Assembly: GCF_001194135.2 (NCBI RefSeq)
Contig: NC_068984.1
Location: 78,226,631 to 78,259,840 of the forward strand
Source of the DNA: Octopus bimaculoides
Taxonomy: Eukaryota
Length of the DNA: 33,210 nt
Reading direction: 5' to 3'
Shown: one piece after another, positions 10,541-21,364 of the stretch
Position numbering within the stretch: position 1 is the stretch's first letter
How the letters are laid out: the number at the start of each line of letters is the position of its first letter
Program-made: the position numbers and the translations under genes
The notes under the pieces: model-generated
The model's database searches: none
Seen by the model: the letters and a program-made list of their open reading frames with translations, nothing else
What the model was told of the DNA's origin: nothing

Positions 10541-11807
10541 CAAGAGTGAGAATGTTACTGCACTTTTATAAATTTCTGAGCAGTTGCATAAATAGGGAAT
10601 ACACGTCTAATGCATTATATATACTTATTTTTTATTATATTTCAATTCGCATCTAGAATTAAAACGACCCCAGTACTCAGCTAGTACTTCTTTCCTTACA
10701 ACATACACATTGTTGTACACTTTCACACACATGTACTAGTTCTGTGTTCTGTATTTAAATGTTGAGTGTTCACTCGTTTTCAAAATAATTCTATAGTTTC
10801 TCAAATAATCTTATTTCAAGTAAACAGTGCTTCAAATTAATCAATTGTATACGAGTGTTAGATAATTCTCCGAAAATATTTTGATAATATTATATAATAA
10901 ATGTATGCCAGTTCTGGATAGATAATCTTGTATAATAAACTGTCTGTTAGATAACAACTCAAGTATTATTAATATGCTTTGACATGTCGAAATTGCTATG
11001 TTGTGTTGTGAATACAAATCTATCTGCTGGACTTTCGATATATCATTCAGCAAGTTGGCCAATATATTTCATTTTATTCACTCCACTTTGTCTAGCGAGT
11101 GAATTGCTATCGTATCTTCTGGGAAATAGATTGATAAATTACTGTCCAATCCTAGTGATATTTGATTCTCATCTGCTCAACTTCATAACATATATGTATC
11201 CTTTGCAGCTCACTGAATATTCATAAATACGTGTGCATGCGTAATGCTTGTTTGATTGTCGACTATTTTGCATAGATGGTGATATGGTGTCTTTTATCAA
11301 TCGTCTCCGGTCATCTTCAGGAAATGATTCTTCGTCTAAGTTAGGATTGGAGTCTAAAACCTTTAAGCCGATGTGTTTGCAGTCTAAATCACTAGAATAC
11401 TGTCCAGAGTTAAACCAAACAAATACCACTAAAAACAACGCGTCTTAAAAAAATACAAACGGAAACAGAGAGATAAACGGATTCAAAGACCAAGTTTTCG
11501 ACGACACAATAGTGCCAACAATCAAACAGCATAAACTGCTTTGATTCAAGCAGAAAAAAAAAAAAAACAGACAAATATGTGAGTTGAACAGGATTAGTGA
11601 CAATGTCAATATTCACGTTATTGGTTTTCAAATGCACATGGTAGATAAGACCTCAAATGTTTGAAATAAATTACCATCTGTTATTTTCTCGCTCTTTATA
11701 CTTATTTTCATGACTTAATAAAATGAAAAATATCCTTGTAGTATTCATTATTATGTATGCATCGGTCACATGAGTTGTGCTTATGCACAAACACACACAC
11801 ACACGCA

Positions 11808-11851
<44 letters not shown>

Positions 11852-11983
11852 TGCACACACATACGCACACATGCATACACGCGCGTACACAGACGCACAC
11901 ATATATATATATATATACATACGTACATACACATAGACACACAGACACACACATATATATATACGTACGTAGGTATGTATGTT

Positions 11984-12563
11984 TCTGTATTATGTATATA
12001 TGAATGTATGTATGTATTGTGTCTGTATAGACAGATACATACATACATATACATACATATACATACATATATATACATATATATATATACATACATAAAT
12101 GCATACTTACATACATTCATACGTATAAGTATACATACATACATACATACATACATGCGTATAATCATACTGGAGAATACATTTGGTTGTATGTATGCTT
12201 GTAGAGATGTTTATGTATATGTGTATGCACAAGAATAGGTGTTTTTAAAAATATATCTGTATTATGTATGTATGAATGTATGTATGTATTGTGTCTGTAT
12301 AGATTGATACATACATATACATATACATACATATATACACACACATATATATATACAAACATACACATACATACATATACGCACACAAGCATACATGCAT
12401 ACATGCATACATACATACATACAAACATACACACACACACATACATGCATACATACATACATACATACATACATATACACATACTGGAGAATGCATTTGG
12501 TTGTATATATGCATGTAGAGATGTTTATGTATATGTGTATGCACAAGAGTAGGTGTTTAAAGA
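11984..12563. repeat. Diverged tandem duplication (about 272 + 308 bp) containing microsatellites
   Basis: The non-microsatellite blocks tctgtattatgta...tgtgtctgtataga and catactggagaat(a/g)catttggttgtat...gcacaaga(a/g)taggtgttt each occur twice. Confidence 0.9.
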
Positions 12564-13591
12564 TGTGTTCACGCGTATGTATACATTATCAAGTGCTTGC
12601 TTGCAATCCTCTTTCTCCCTCCTTTCTGCTCTCTCTCTTTTTCTCTCCTGCCCTTTTGTGTGTAAAAGTTAACTTATATGTTTGTGTGTTTCAAAATATC
12701 TAGCAGTGTTTATATACGCTCTGTATGTATTTCCCAATGTTGCTTGCCTTATATGAGATTTATGAATGTGTATATACTTTCGTGGGCATGAGCTTTTTAT
12801 GTGATTTTGCTAGAATAGATGTTTGTGTGAGTGCACACGCATGGGAGAGGTTGGTGTATGCATGTACTCGGAGATATGTACGATTGAGTGTATGTGTGTG
12901 TGTATACAACCCATGTGTCTTGCTTATAAACATGTATACATGTGTGTATTATGTATATATGAATCGTGTACGTAAATGTGCGGGTGCGCGCGCGTGAGTG
13001 TTAACATGCTCTATTGTGTGCCTGTATATTTACATGTATGTGTGCATCTGTGATTGTGATCTTGCGTGTGATATATTTGTATTTGTATGAGTCTGGGCGC
13101 TGTGAGCACGCATGCGTCTGTTTGTCTCTGTATATTTTATTCTTTTCAGTTATTTTCAACTGAAATAACAATCACCCATTTTTTTTTCGACTTTTTTGTA
13201 ACAAGGTTTCTTTGTAGTTAGTTACACTTCAGACAACAATAAACTGATGTAGAATTTTGCTGAACTTCGGTAAAGTGTTACATATTTCTGCCATTCTCAC
13301 TAATGGATTGGATATGTAAAAGTCTTGCCTGTCAACAGACTTTATTTATTTCTCAAACATAATCACTACATTTCAGTTAGACTTGTTTTGCTCTAAATCA
13401 GCACGAATTAGATATATTTTTGTAGTTTTTTTTATGGCTTGATCAGAATAGTAGAAAGTGAAGTACATGTTCCTACAACTCCCTTTAATGGTTGAGAGGA
13501 AAGGGAGGAAGAAACTCTGACGATTTATCGGTTATCTTCAGACCTGAAAACCGGTTCAAATATATACAACAGAGAGAACTCGGCTAAAGAC

Positions 13592-14518
13592 GTATTTTTC
13601 TAGTGTCTTACGATAAAGATTGAATTCTAGGTACCCCATGACTAGGTGACCAAAGGAGGGGGCCATTCGCTGCCCATCGCAGTCCCCGATTTCTGTCAAT
13701 AGAAGTTGTCATTAAATACGAAGAAGTTATTCTCCAAGATGAATTTTAGCTCCTCTATTATGAGTTCTTTTTTGATGCGGTGTGGAGTTCATTGGAGTAA
13801 TTCTCTAACCAAAATTGGATTGTGTCTATTCCTAGGCTGTGAGGGATATTGGAATAGAGGTTGACTACATCAAAGGATACTAGTAGAGTGTTTTTTTATT
13901 TATTGTTTCAGGGAGGTAATTGAGCATATCTAGGTCGTCCCTTATGTAGCTTTTGATATGCTTGAGGAATGGTTTTAAGAGGATGTCTGAAAAGTTACTG
14001 AGGCGATAAGTTTCGCATGCGGGGCCTGCTGTTATGGGTCTTAATCTGAGGTCATTAGGAGAAGATACCTTGGTTATTATATCTGAGGCTCCCTTGCATT
14101 CGTTACTTATTTTTTCACTTTTGTGTATCTGTGGAATACTGTAGAATTGACTACATTTACTATTGAAGTTAGACATATAGTCGTATTCTTTCTCGGTGAG
14201 CCCTTCTCTGTATAGGTTTAACATTGTTTTTTGGCTTCCCATTATTTTCTGCTGACTGTAGTGCTGTACCTTTTCATAATATGTTGTGTTTTCTAATATG
14301 GATAGTACTAGGGTTATGTAATATACCGTGTCCATTATTACTGCTGCACTCCGTTTGTCAGCCTCTTTGATAGTTATTGTCTTATCATCTATTTTGGCTG
14401 AAGTTTGGCTTGTGTTTTGTATATGTTGATATGGGTAATTTGTGATGTGTTCACAGAAATGGTCAAGAAATTTGTTCCTACCTTTTGATGGGGTGTAGTT
14501 AGTTTTATTTCTGACTAA
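13592..14518 (-). mobile_element. Penelope-like element RT remnant (pseudogenised)
   Basis: In frame from 14518: ...TIKEADKRSAAVIMD...FYSIPQIHKS...LRPITAGPACETYRLSNFSDILLKPFLKHIKSYIRDDLDML. After frameshifts near 13885, 13780 and 13668 it continues LVSFDVVNLYSNIPH...ILENNFFVFNDNFY*QKSGTAMG..MAPSFGHLVMGYLE. These are PLE RT motifs. It breaks off before YxDD. Confidence 0.92.
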
Positions 14519-14610
14519 CGATTCGGGTTCAATCCCATGTGAAGTACCGGAGGAAATTGCCTTCTACTATAGCCCAGAGCCGACCAGCAGCTTATGTGGA
14601 ATTCCGTTAA

Positions 14611-14657
<47 letters not shown>

Positions 14658-14810
14658 CATTTATGTATGTGTGTATATATACATGTCTGTGCGTTTGTGT
14701 CTGTGTTTTGTGTTTGTCCTCCGCCCCCAGACAACGGGTGTTGGATTGGTTAAGCTTTTGTAACCTAGCGGTTCACCAAAAGGAAACGACAGAATACGTG
14801 CTATGATTTT
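14519..14810 (+). mobile_element. SINE family A, old degenerate copy truncating the PLE
   Basis: gggttcaatccc...ttctactatagcccagagccgacc, then an internal (TG)n, then a degenerate 3' half. Confidence 0.7.
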
Positions 14811-14864
14811 TTAAAAAGCATGAATTCTGAAGGAGAAGTAAAAGATAAAAGTTGTTTTTAACAT

Positions 14865-15276
14865 AGGCGCATGACTGGCTGTGTGGTAAGCAGCTTGCTT
14901 ACCAACCACATGGTTCCGGGTTCATTCCCACAGCGTGGCACCTTGGGCAAGTGTCTTCTACTATAGCCTCAGGCCGACCAAAGCCTTGTGAGTGGATTTG
15001 GTAGACGGAAACTGAAAGAAGCCCGTCGTATATATGTATATGTATAGATATATATATGTGTGTGTGTATATATGTTTGTGTGTCTGTTTGTCCCCGTAAC
15101 ATCGCTTGACAACCGATGGTGGTGTGTTTGCGTCCCCGTAACTTAGCGGTTCGGCTAAAAGACCGATAGAATAAGTACTAGGCTTACAAAGAATAAGTCC
15201 TGGGGTCGATTTGCTCGACTAAAGACAGTGCTCCAGCATGGCCGCAATCAAATGACTGAAACAAATAAAAGAGTAA
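14865..15276 (+). mobile_element. SINE family A, full length (tRNA head, CORE-like segment, internal microsatellite, 3' body)
   Basis: Starts aggcgcatgactggctgtgtggtaag, includes ggttcattccc and ccttgggcaagtg, has internal (TA/TG)n and ends gactgaaacaaataaaagagtaaa. Confidence 0.93.
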
Positions 15277-15519
15277 ATCTGGGAAATTGTTGGACTACAT
15301 TAAAAGGGATTTAAAACAAAAGAGGAAGAAAGAAACTAGTCGTCACGTCACTTACAACTGAATATGACTTGGTAGCTTATATCATAGTTTTGTTAAGGGA
15401 TTTAAATATCCAGTTAGTCGTGATCAGACTTGCACACCGTCTCAGCCCTCCCACACATGATCTAAAAGAACCTGCAGAATATAACAACTAAAGTGATATA
15501 AGCCTGCACTATCTCTCTT

Positions 15520-15662
15520 TTGGTGCTCATTTCATCTTTGTAAAGTAACATGAAACGAATGCCTTGTTCAGGAACACAACGCGCCACCTAGTCCAGGAAT
15601 CAAACGTGTGAAGTTATTTTTGTTAGCCCAACAGCTCAAACTTTTAGGCCTTCAGCGCATCT
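15520..15662 (-). mobile_element. SINE family C 5' part, degenerate
   Basis: Reverse complement gtttgattcctggactaggtggcgcgttgtgttcctgaacaaggcattcgtttcatgtt aligns with 20592-20652. Confidence 0.6.
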
Positions 15663-16057
15663 TCAGAAAGCCTTCAAGTAATAAATATCAAATATAAAAT
15701 AAAGTTGTGTGTAATGGTGTATGTGACTGCAAATCTCCAGATTACATAAATCCTTTGAAAAAAGGTTAATGGAAATATTAATGTACATGCAATATATATA
15801 TATGCAAGTATGTATATACGTATGTATGTATGTATGTATGTATGTATGTATGTATACATGTATGTATGTATGTATGTGTGTGTGTGTGTGTATGTATGCA
15901 TATATGTATGCGTGTATGCATGTGTATATGTATACATATATATATGTATATGTGTGTATATATATATATATGCGTGTGTCTGGACATACATACAAATATA
16001 AACACAAACCCACATGTATGCGTGTGTGTGTGTGTGTGTAGTTTTATTGCATAAGCC

Positions 16058-16260
16058 AGCCAGTAGGCAGAATTGCTATTAGCGGCGGAGAAAAAAATGT
16101 GTTACAGAATTTGTCTCCGGCTTCTTTATATTCCCAATCCAAATCCCATCGAATCCAGTTTTGCATTTTATCACTCCGGCGTTGATAAAATAAAATACTA
16201 CCGAAGTACTACTCGGGCCCGTGCTATCGACCATACCCCTCCCCACAAAACTACTAAATT
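16058..16260 (+). mobile_element. SINE family D, degenerate (Meta-like central domain)
   Basis: ccagttttgcattttatcactccggcgttgataaaataaaatac resembles the reverse complement of 23990-24040. Confidence 0.6.
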
Positions 16261-16552
16261 AGAAATAATGATTTTATTGTAAACGCGAAGAAACACCGAT
16301 GTCCATACTTATAAACAGCGAAACTAAAAATGTGTAATTCCTAAAAACACGTGCTCGTATGTTGACCTTTCATCTACACTCTTATGCTAATGTCTTTCAG
16401 ATTTTCTATTAATTAAGTCATTCCGTTAGCAACATTGGCGCTGCTATGCAGTCCAATTGATTTCTATCCGAGACAAAAGTCTTCTTTCTTATTGTTTTTT
16501 TTTTTCATTATTTTTTTTTTTCCTTTTTAAGCAATTGTGAAAACAGATATTC

Positions 16553-16586
<34 letters not shown>

Positions 16587-16690
16587 NNNNNNNNNNNNNN
16601 NNNNNNNNNNNNNNNNNNNNNNNNNNNNNNNNNNNNNNNNNNNNNNNNNNNNNNNNNNNNNNNNNNNNNNNNNNNNNNNNNNNNNNNNNN

Positions 16691-17007
16691 AGACCGGGCG
16701 TTGTGAGTGTTTATTGAGCGCAAACACCTAAAGCTCCATAAGGCTCTGGCAGGGGATGGTGGCGACCCCTGCTGTACTCTTTCACCACAACTTTCTCTCA
16801 CTCTTACTTCCTGTTTCTGTTGTGCCTGTAATTCAAAAGGTCAGCCTTATCACACTGTGTCATGCTGAATATCCCCGAGAACTACGTTAAGGGTACACGT
16901 GTCTGTGGAGTGCTCAGCCACTTGCACGTTAATTTCACGAGCAGGCTGTTCCGTTGATCGGATCAACTGGAACCCTCGACGTCGTAAGCGACGGAGTGCC
17001 AACAACA
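16691..17007 (+). mobile_element. SINE family B (5' head lost in the gap)
   Basis: Near-identical to the reverse complement of 9057-9370. Confidence 0.92.
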
Positions 17008-17362
17008 TACTCCCTGTAGCGAAGACGGGAGAAGTATGCAGTGATATACGTGTGGAAGATACTGGAAGGGATGACACTAAACTTTGGAATTGAGAGTTAG
17101 ACCAGACCTCGAATTGAACGTCACTGCACTGTTCCAAAAGTCCCAGTTGTCCCATTTAAGGTGAGAACCATGTACTGCAACAGCTTGGGATTCAAGGGCC
17201 CACAGCTATTTAACGCCTTGCCAAAACATCTGAGGGATCTCTATGGAGTGGGGGTAGATGTTTTCAAGAAACAACTTGACCACTTGCTGTCCAAGATCCC
17301 AGATGATATCCAGGCAGGAAACTGAGAAAAGGGCAGCAGTATCAAACTTCCTCCTTCACCAA
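17008..17362 (+). mobile_element. CR1-group LINE, 3' end of ORF2 (decayed)
   Basis: Frame from 17008: YSL*RRREKYAVIYVWKILEG...RTMYCNSLGFKGPQLFNALPKHLRDLYGVGVDVFKKQLDHLLSKIPDD..., then RAAVSN.LLHQ. This is a typical CR1/L2-group C-terminus with in-frame stops. Confidence 0.85.
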
Positions 17363-17819
17363 AAGAGTATTTGGTTTGGGCTTTTATTTTAGAACCATTT
17401 TCACTTGGCTTTCGTCTGACTTCTTTTTTTTTTCTTCTTCTACATTGCTACTGTGGGAGGTGTTGGGACTATGGAGTTGTTCACACTTTTCTCATTTCCT
17501 TCCTTGCTGAGCTTTTTATATTAGGTGTCGATGTTGCCACTGCTTTTTGTGTGAGGTTTCTCACAGGAAGTATCGTCACTTTTTTCGCCACATTTGAAAA
17601 TGATGTTCAGTTTCTCCAGGCCGTACGAGCGCATAAGATCGGATGAACTCATTCTTCTTCCGCGCTATTTGTGCCAGAGATCTGGAGAAGCCATTGCTCT
17701 TCAGAGCAGATGTAATTAAATTATTTGGTGAATCGTCTTCTGCAACCTTTGTAGAGAATTTCTTGTCATCTTCCTTTTGATGTGTGCAGTCGGTTTTGGA
17801 GCGTATATATACATATATA

Positions 17820-18052
17820 CGGGATTGGCCAAAGTCTATTAACAGTCAATCAAAACCATTTAATTCCAAGATTTATTTCTATTTAACAACGGAATGAATT
17901 TAATGAAAGTATCTAAATATGAAACATCATAAAAACTGTCCAAACTAAAGTCTTTCTTGAGAGACACATTTTTTCCATTCGAGAAAATAAAGAATTACAG
18001 ATAGTATTTATGGAATTTTGATTTACTGTCGGGTGACTTTTGGCCAACCCTG
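17820..18052. mobile_element. Tc1/mariner-type MITE
   Basis: Imperfect TIRs of about 37 bp (cgggattggccaaagtctattaacagtcaatcaaaa versus reverse complement cagggttggccaaaagtcacccgacagtaaatcaaaa). TA precedes the left end and there is no ORF. Confidence 0.75.
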
Positions 18053-18182
18053 TGTGTGTGCATATATATATATATATATAAGTTCAAAAAAGGAAAAAGA
18101 CAAAAAAACAACAACAAAAAACAACAACGTGAGGACGTGATACAGATTGTGTTACTAGACGCTCGGGAAAGGAAAGGAAGAG

Positions 18183-18220
18183 AATTTGACGTTTCGAGCG
18201 GAGCTCTTCGTCGGAAGTGT
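18183..18220 (-). ncRNA. Minimal type I hammerhead ribozyme relic (Penelope pLTR type)
   Basis: Minus strand reads uu-CCGACGA-A-GAGC-ucc-GCUC-GAAA-CGUC-aa. It has the core with U4 changed to C, a 4-bp stem II and the palindromic ACGU stem III with a GUC site. Confidence 0.65.
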
Positions 18221-18264
18221 CAGTATGTGTGCTTGTGGGCGCGCGCATGTGTGAGTGTGCGTGG

Positions 18265-18480
18265 GTGTGTCTTTGTGCTTGTGTTTATACCCCACGTAAA
18301 CCTCTGCGAAATGGTGTTGGTTTGTTTACATCCCTATAACTTAGAAGTTCAGCAAAGAAGACGATAGAATAAGTATGCGATTTAGAATAAGTACTGGTGT
18401 AAGTTGGTTCGCCAAACCTACGGGGTATTGCCCCAGCATGGCCGCAGCCCAATGCCTGAAGTAAGTAAAAGACTGAGTGA
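18265..18480 (+). mobile_element. SINE family A 3' half, degenerate
   Basis: tggtgttggtttgtttacatccctataacttag...ccccagcatggccgcagcccaatgcctgaagtaagtaaaaga. Confidence 0.8.
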
Positions 18481-19194
18481 AAATACACGTACTTGTGCGT
18501 CGGATTTTATGCCTGTATGTATGTATCCGAGCGTGTATGCATGAAATGTACTATATGAAATTCATTAATATAGTACAATTTCATTGTGAAGAAATTTAAA
18601 CCGAATTAACTCCATTGAGGAGACAGCTTTGTTGCGATTAAAATACAGACACACAATCAGAAAATACAGGCAAATAGACAAAAACATATACAGAGAGGCA
18701 GACAGGGGGAGAGACAGATAGATAGACAGACGTATAGACAGACAGACAGACAGAAAAAGAGAGAGAGAAAAAAGAGAGAGAGAGGTAAGTAGGTAAGCAG
18801 GCAAGTAGGAAGACAGGTAGACAGAAGGTTAGATGGGAAGAAAGAGATATCCATTGATACGATATAAGTGTTTAAGATAATAGTGCACTCCACATCGGGT
18901 GAATTTTTATGCTTATATTAAGTAAACATAGAATAAACGTTGGTAACTACCAAAAATGAGCTGACAATTCCGGAAGCCGTAATACTGTCAGAGTAAAAAT
19001 TACTTCCGGTGTCAATTGAAGTAGCGAAGAAATTTCTTGTAAATTGAAAGAATAGAATGTTAATTAACCTATATTCATATACCATTAATGATGTACTATT
19101 GTGGGATAGAATAATTCCTTGTTCATCGCATCAAGTGCGAATAACTGTAATTGCCTCAATATACACATACATACTGACAAGTTTGTGTCTATGC

Positions 19195-19266
<72 letters not shown>

Positions 19267-19291
19267 CATATGTACGTATGTATGCGCCTCC

Positions 19292-19322
<31 letters not shown>

Positions 19323-19415
19323 TTATACATATGTACGTATGTATGCATGTGTATATATATTGTGTATGTATGTATATATGTATATACATATGTGTGTGCG
19401 CGTGTATGTGTGAGT

Positions 19416-19447
<32 letters not shown>

Positions 19448-19480
19448 ACGCGCGCATATATGTGTGTGTGCATGTGTAAC
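19195..19480. repeat. (TA)n/(TG)n compound microsatellite
   Basis: Direct reading of the sequence. Confidence 0.95.
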
Positions 19481-19488
19481 TTTTAATT

Positions 19489-19604
19489 GAAACTGAGACT
19501 TTATCTTGTAAATCGAATTTCATGCCACCGAGATCTTCAGGCGAGTTCTTACATGAAGAACAAATTGGCGTGAAACTCGAGTCGTGAGACAATGTCTCTG
19601 TTTC
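19489..19604. repeat. Imperfect inverted repeat, 51-nt arms, 14-nt loop
   Basis: Ungapped alignment of 19489-19539 with the reverse complement of 19554-19604 gives 36/51 matches. Confidence 0.85.
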
Positions 19605-19659
19605 AGTTTAAATTAAGAAAATCCATATACTCTACAGCATGTATTCCTCACTCCTCTCC

Positions 19660-20046
19660 CATTCGTCCGCCACGATGTGAAGACGTGTGTTGAAACAAAT
19701 AGTGCTATATATGGTGATGGTCATTTTTGGGGTTTTTTTTTTTTTGCGAATTAAGCACACGTAGTATTTATTTGATCTTCATTTTAGCTTTTATTCCAAT
19801 TATTTTTAGTTTATACGTCTGTCAAAGTTCTTTCGCCACACATTCTGTGACCTCACCAGTGAATAAGCAGGACAAAAGGAGACCCACGGGACAGTGAGTC
19901 ACGGATGAGATTACAGAATGTGTAACGGAAGAGCCTTGATAGACGTATAAACTAAAATCAATACGAATAAAAACTAAAGTGATGATCAAACAAATACTGC
20001 ATGTGTTTAATTGGCAAGAAAATAATCATCCCCTAGTGTAACAATA
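19660..20046. mobile_element. Fold-back (long-TIR) non-autonomous DNA element
   Basis: Arms at about 19700-19862 and 19899-20046 are mutually inverted (49/59 matches in the inner block, mostly transitions), with a 36-nt spacer. The right end abuts (CA)n. Confidence 0.8.
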
Positions 20047-20226
20047 CCCACACACACACACACACGCATATGTACACAAGCGCGCGTGCACGTTCGCACA
20101 CCAACACACATGGGTTTATGCATTTGCGTGATTATATTTGTATGAATGTACATATGTACGTGCGTACCTACGTATATGTATGCATATATCTACATATATG
20201 TGTGCATGTGTGTGTGCGTACCAGTA

Positions 20227-20265
<39 letters not shown>

Positions 20266-20452
20266 TATCATGTACATTATTAATTCTTGTGCGTACAAGA
20301 TGTACCTTCAGAGCTGTTACGTATCATCGTCCAGTCGGCTTCCAAAATAGTGGTTGAGCAACTACTCTCATTAGTAGTATTACTACATAGGATACCCAGA
20401 ACAGATGTAGGAGAAATTACGATAAACATAAGTTTATATTACTAGTTCCCAT

Positions 20453-20566
20453 GTGGAGGTGCAATGGCCCAGTGGTTAGGGCAGCGGACTCGCGGTCATT
20501 GGATCGCGGTTTCGATTCTCAGACCGGGCGTTGTGATTGTTTATTGAACGAAAACACCTAAAGCTT
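20453..20566 (+). mobile_element. SINE family B 5' fragment
   Basis: gtggaggtgcaatggcccagtgg...ttcgattctcagaccgggcgttgtg...aaaacacctaaagct. Confidence 0.9.
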
Positions 20567-20780
20567 CAGGTCTTAGGATCGTGAGATTGTGGTTTCGATT
20601 CCTAGGCCGGACAAAGCATTGTGTTCTTCAGCAAAACATTTCATTTCACGTTGCTCCGGTCCACTCAGCTGACAAAAGTGAGTAATCCTACGAGGGACCG
20701 GCAGGAGTAGGGGAATATATGCCCCCACGGAAAGCAGGCAACCGACCCTATGAGTCTATATGATTCGGGAAGGATCTTTA
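20567..20780 (+). mobile_element. SINE family C
   Basis: B box ggtttcgattcc followed by CORE-like ttgtgttcttcagcaaaacatttcatttcacgttgctccggtccactcagctgacaaaagtgagt. Confidence 0.7.
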
Positions 20781-20972
20781 TTTTCTTTTATCCTATGTAG
20801 GTGTATGCTTATATGTATTTTACTGTAGACGTGTGTGTGTGTGTGTGTATAAACACACACATATACCACCATCACCATCGTTATCACCATCATCATCATT
20901 ATCACAACACCGGCCCCACTATCACTTTTGTTAGTGTATTTGCATATTTGTACAAATACATATACATGTATA

Positions 20973-21013
<41 letters not shown>

Positions 21014-21032
21014 TATACATATATATATATAT

Positions 21033-21364
21033 TCTTTTATTCTTTTATTCTTTTACTTGTTTCAGTCATTTGACTGCGGCCATGCTGGAGCACCACCTTT
21101 AGTCGAACAAATCAACCCCAGGACTTATTCTTTGGAAGCCTAGTACTTTTGCCGAACCGCTATGTTACGGGAACGTAAACACACCACCATTGGTTGTCAA
21201 GCGCTGGTGGGGGGGACAAACACAGATACACAAACACACATACATATATATATACACATATATACGACGGGCTTCTTTCAGTTTCCGTCTACCAAATCCA
21301 CTCACAAGGCTTTGGTCGGCCCGAGGCTATAGTAGAAGGCACTTGCCCAAGGTGCCACGCAGTG
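21033..21364 (-). mobile_element. SINE family A, head lost in the gap
   Basis: (cttttatt)n tail, 3' half, internal (CA/TA)n and 5' half up to gccacgcagtg. Confidence 0.92.

Noticed and set aside
15356-15471. Minus-strand exon with good AG and GTAAGT sites
   Set aside because: All three frames contain stops.
19858-19952. Minus-strand open exon candidate
   Set aside because: It lies within the right arm of the fold-back element.
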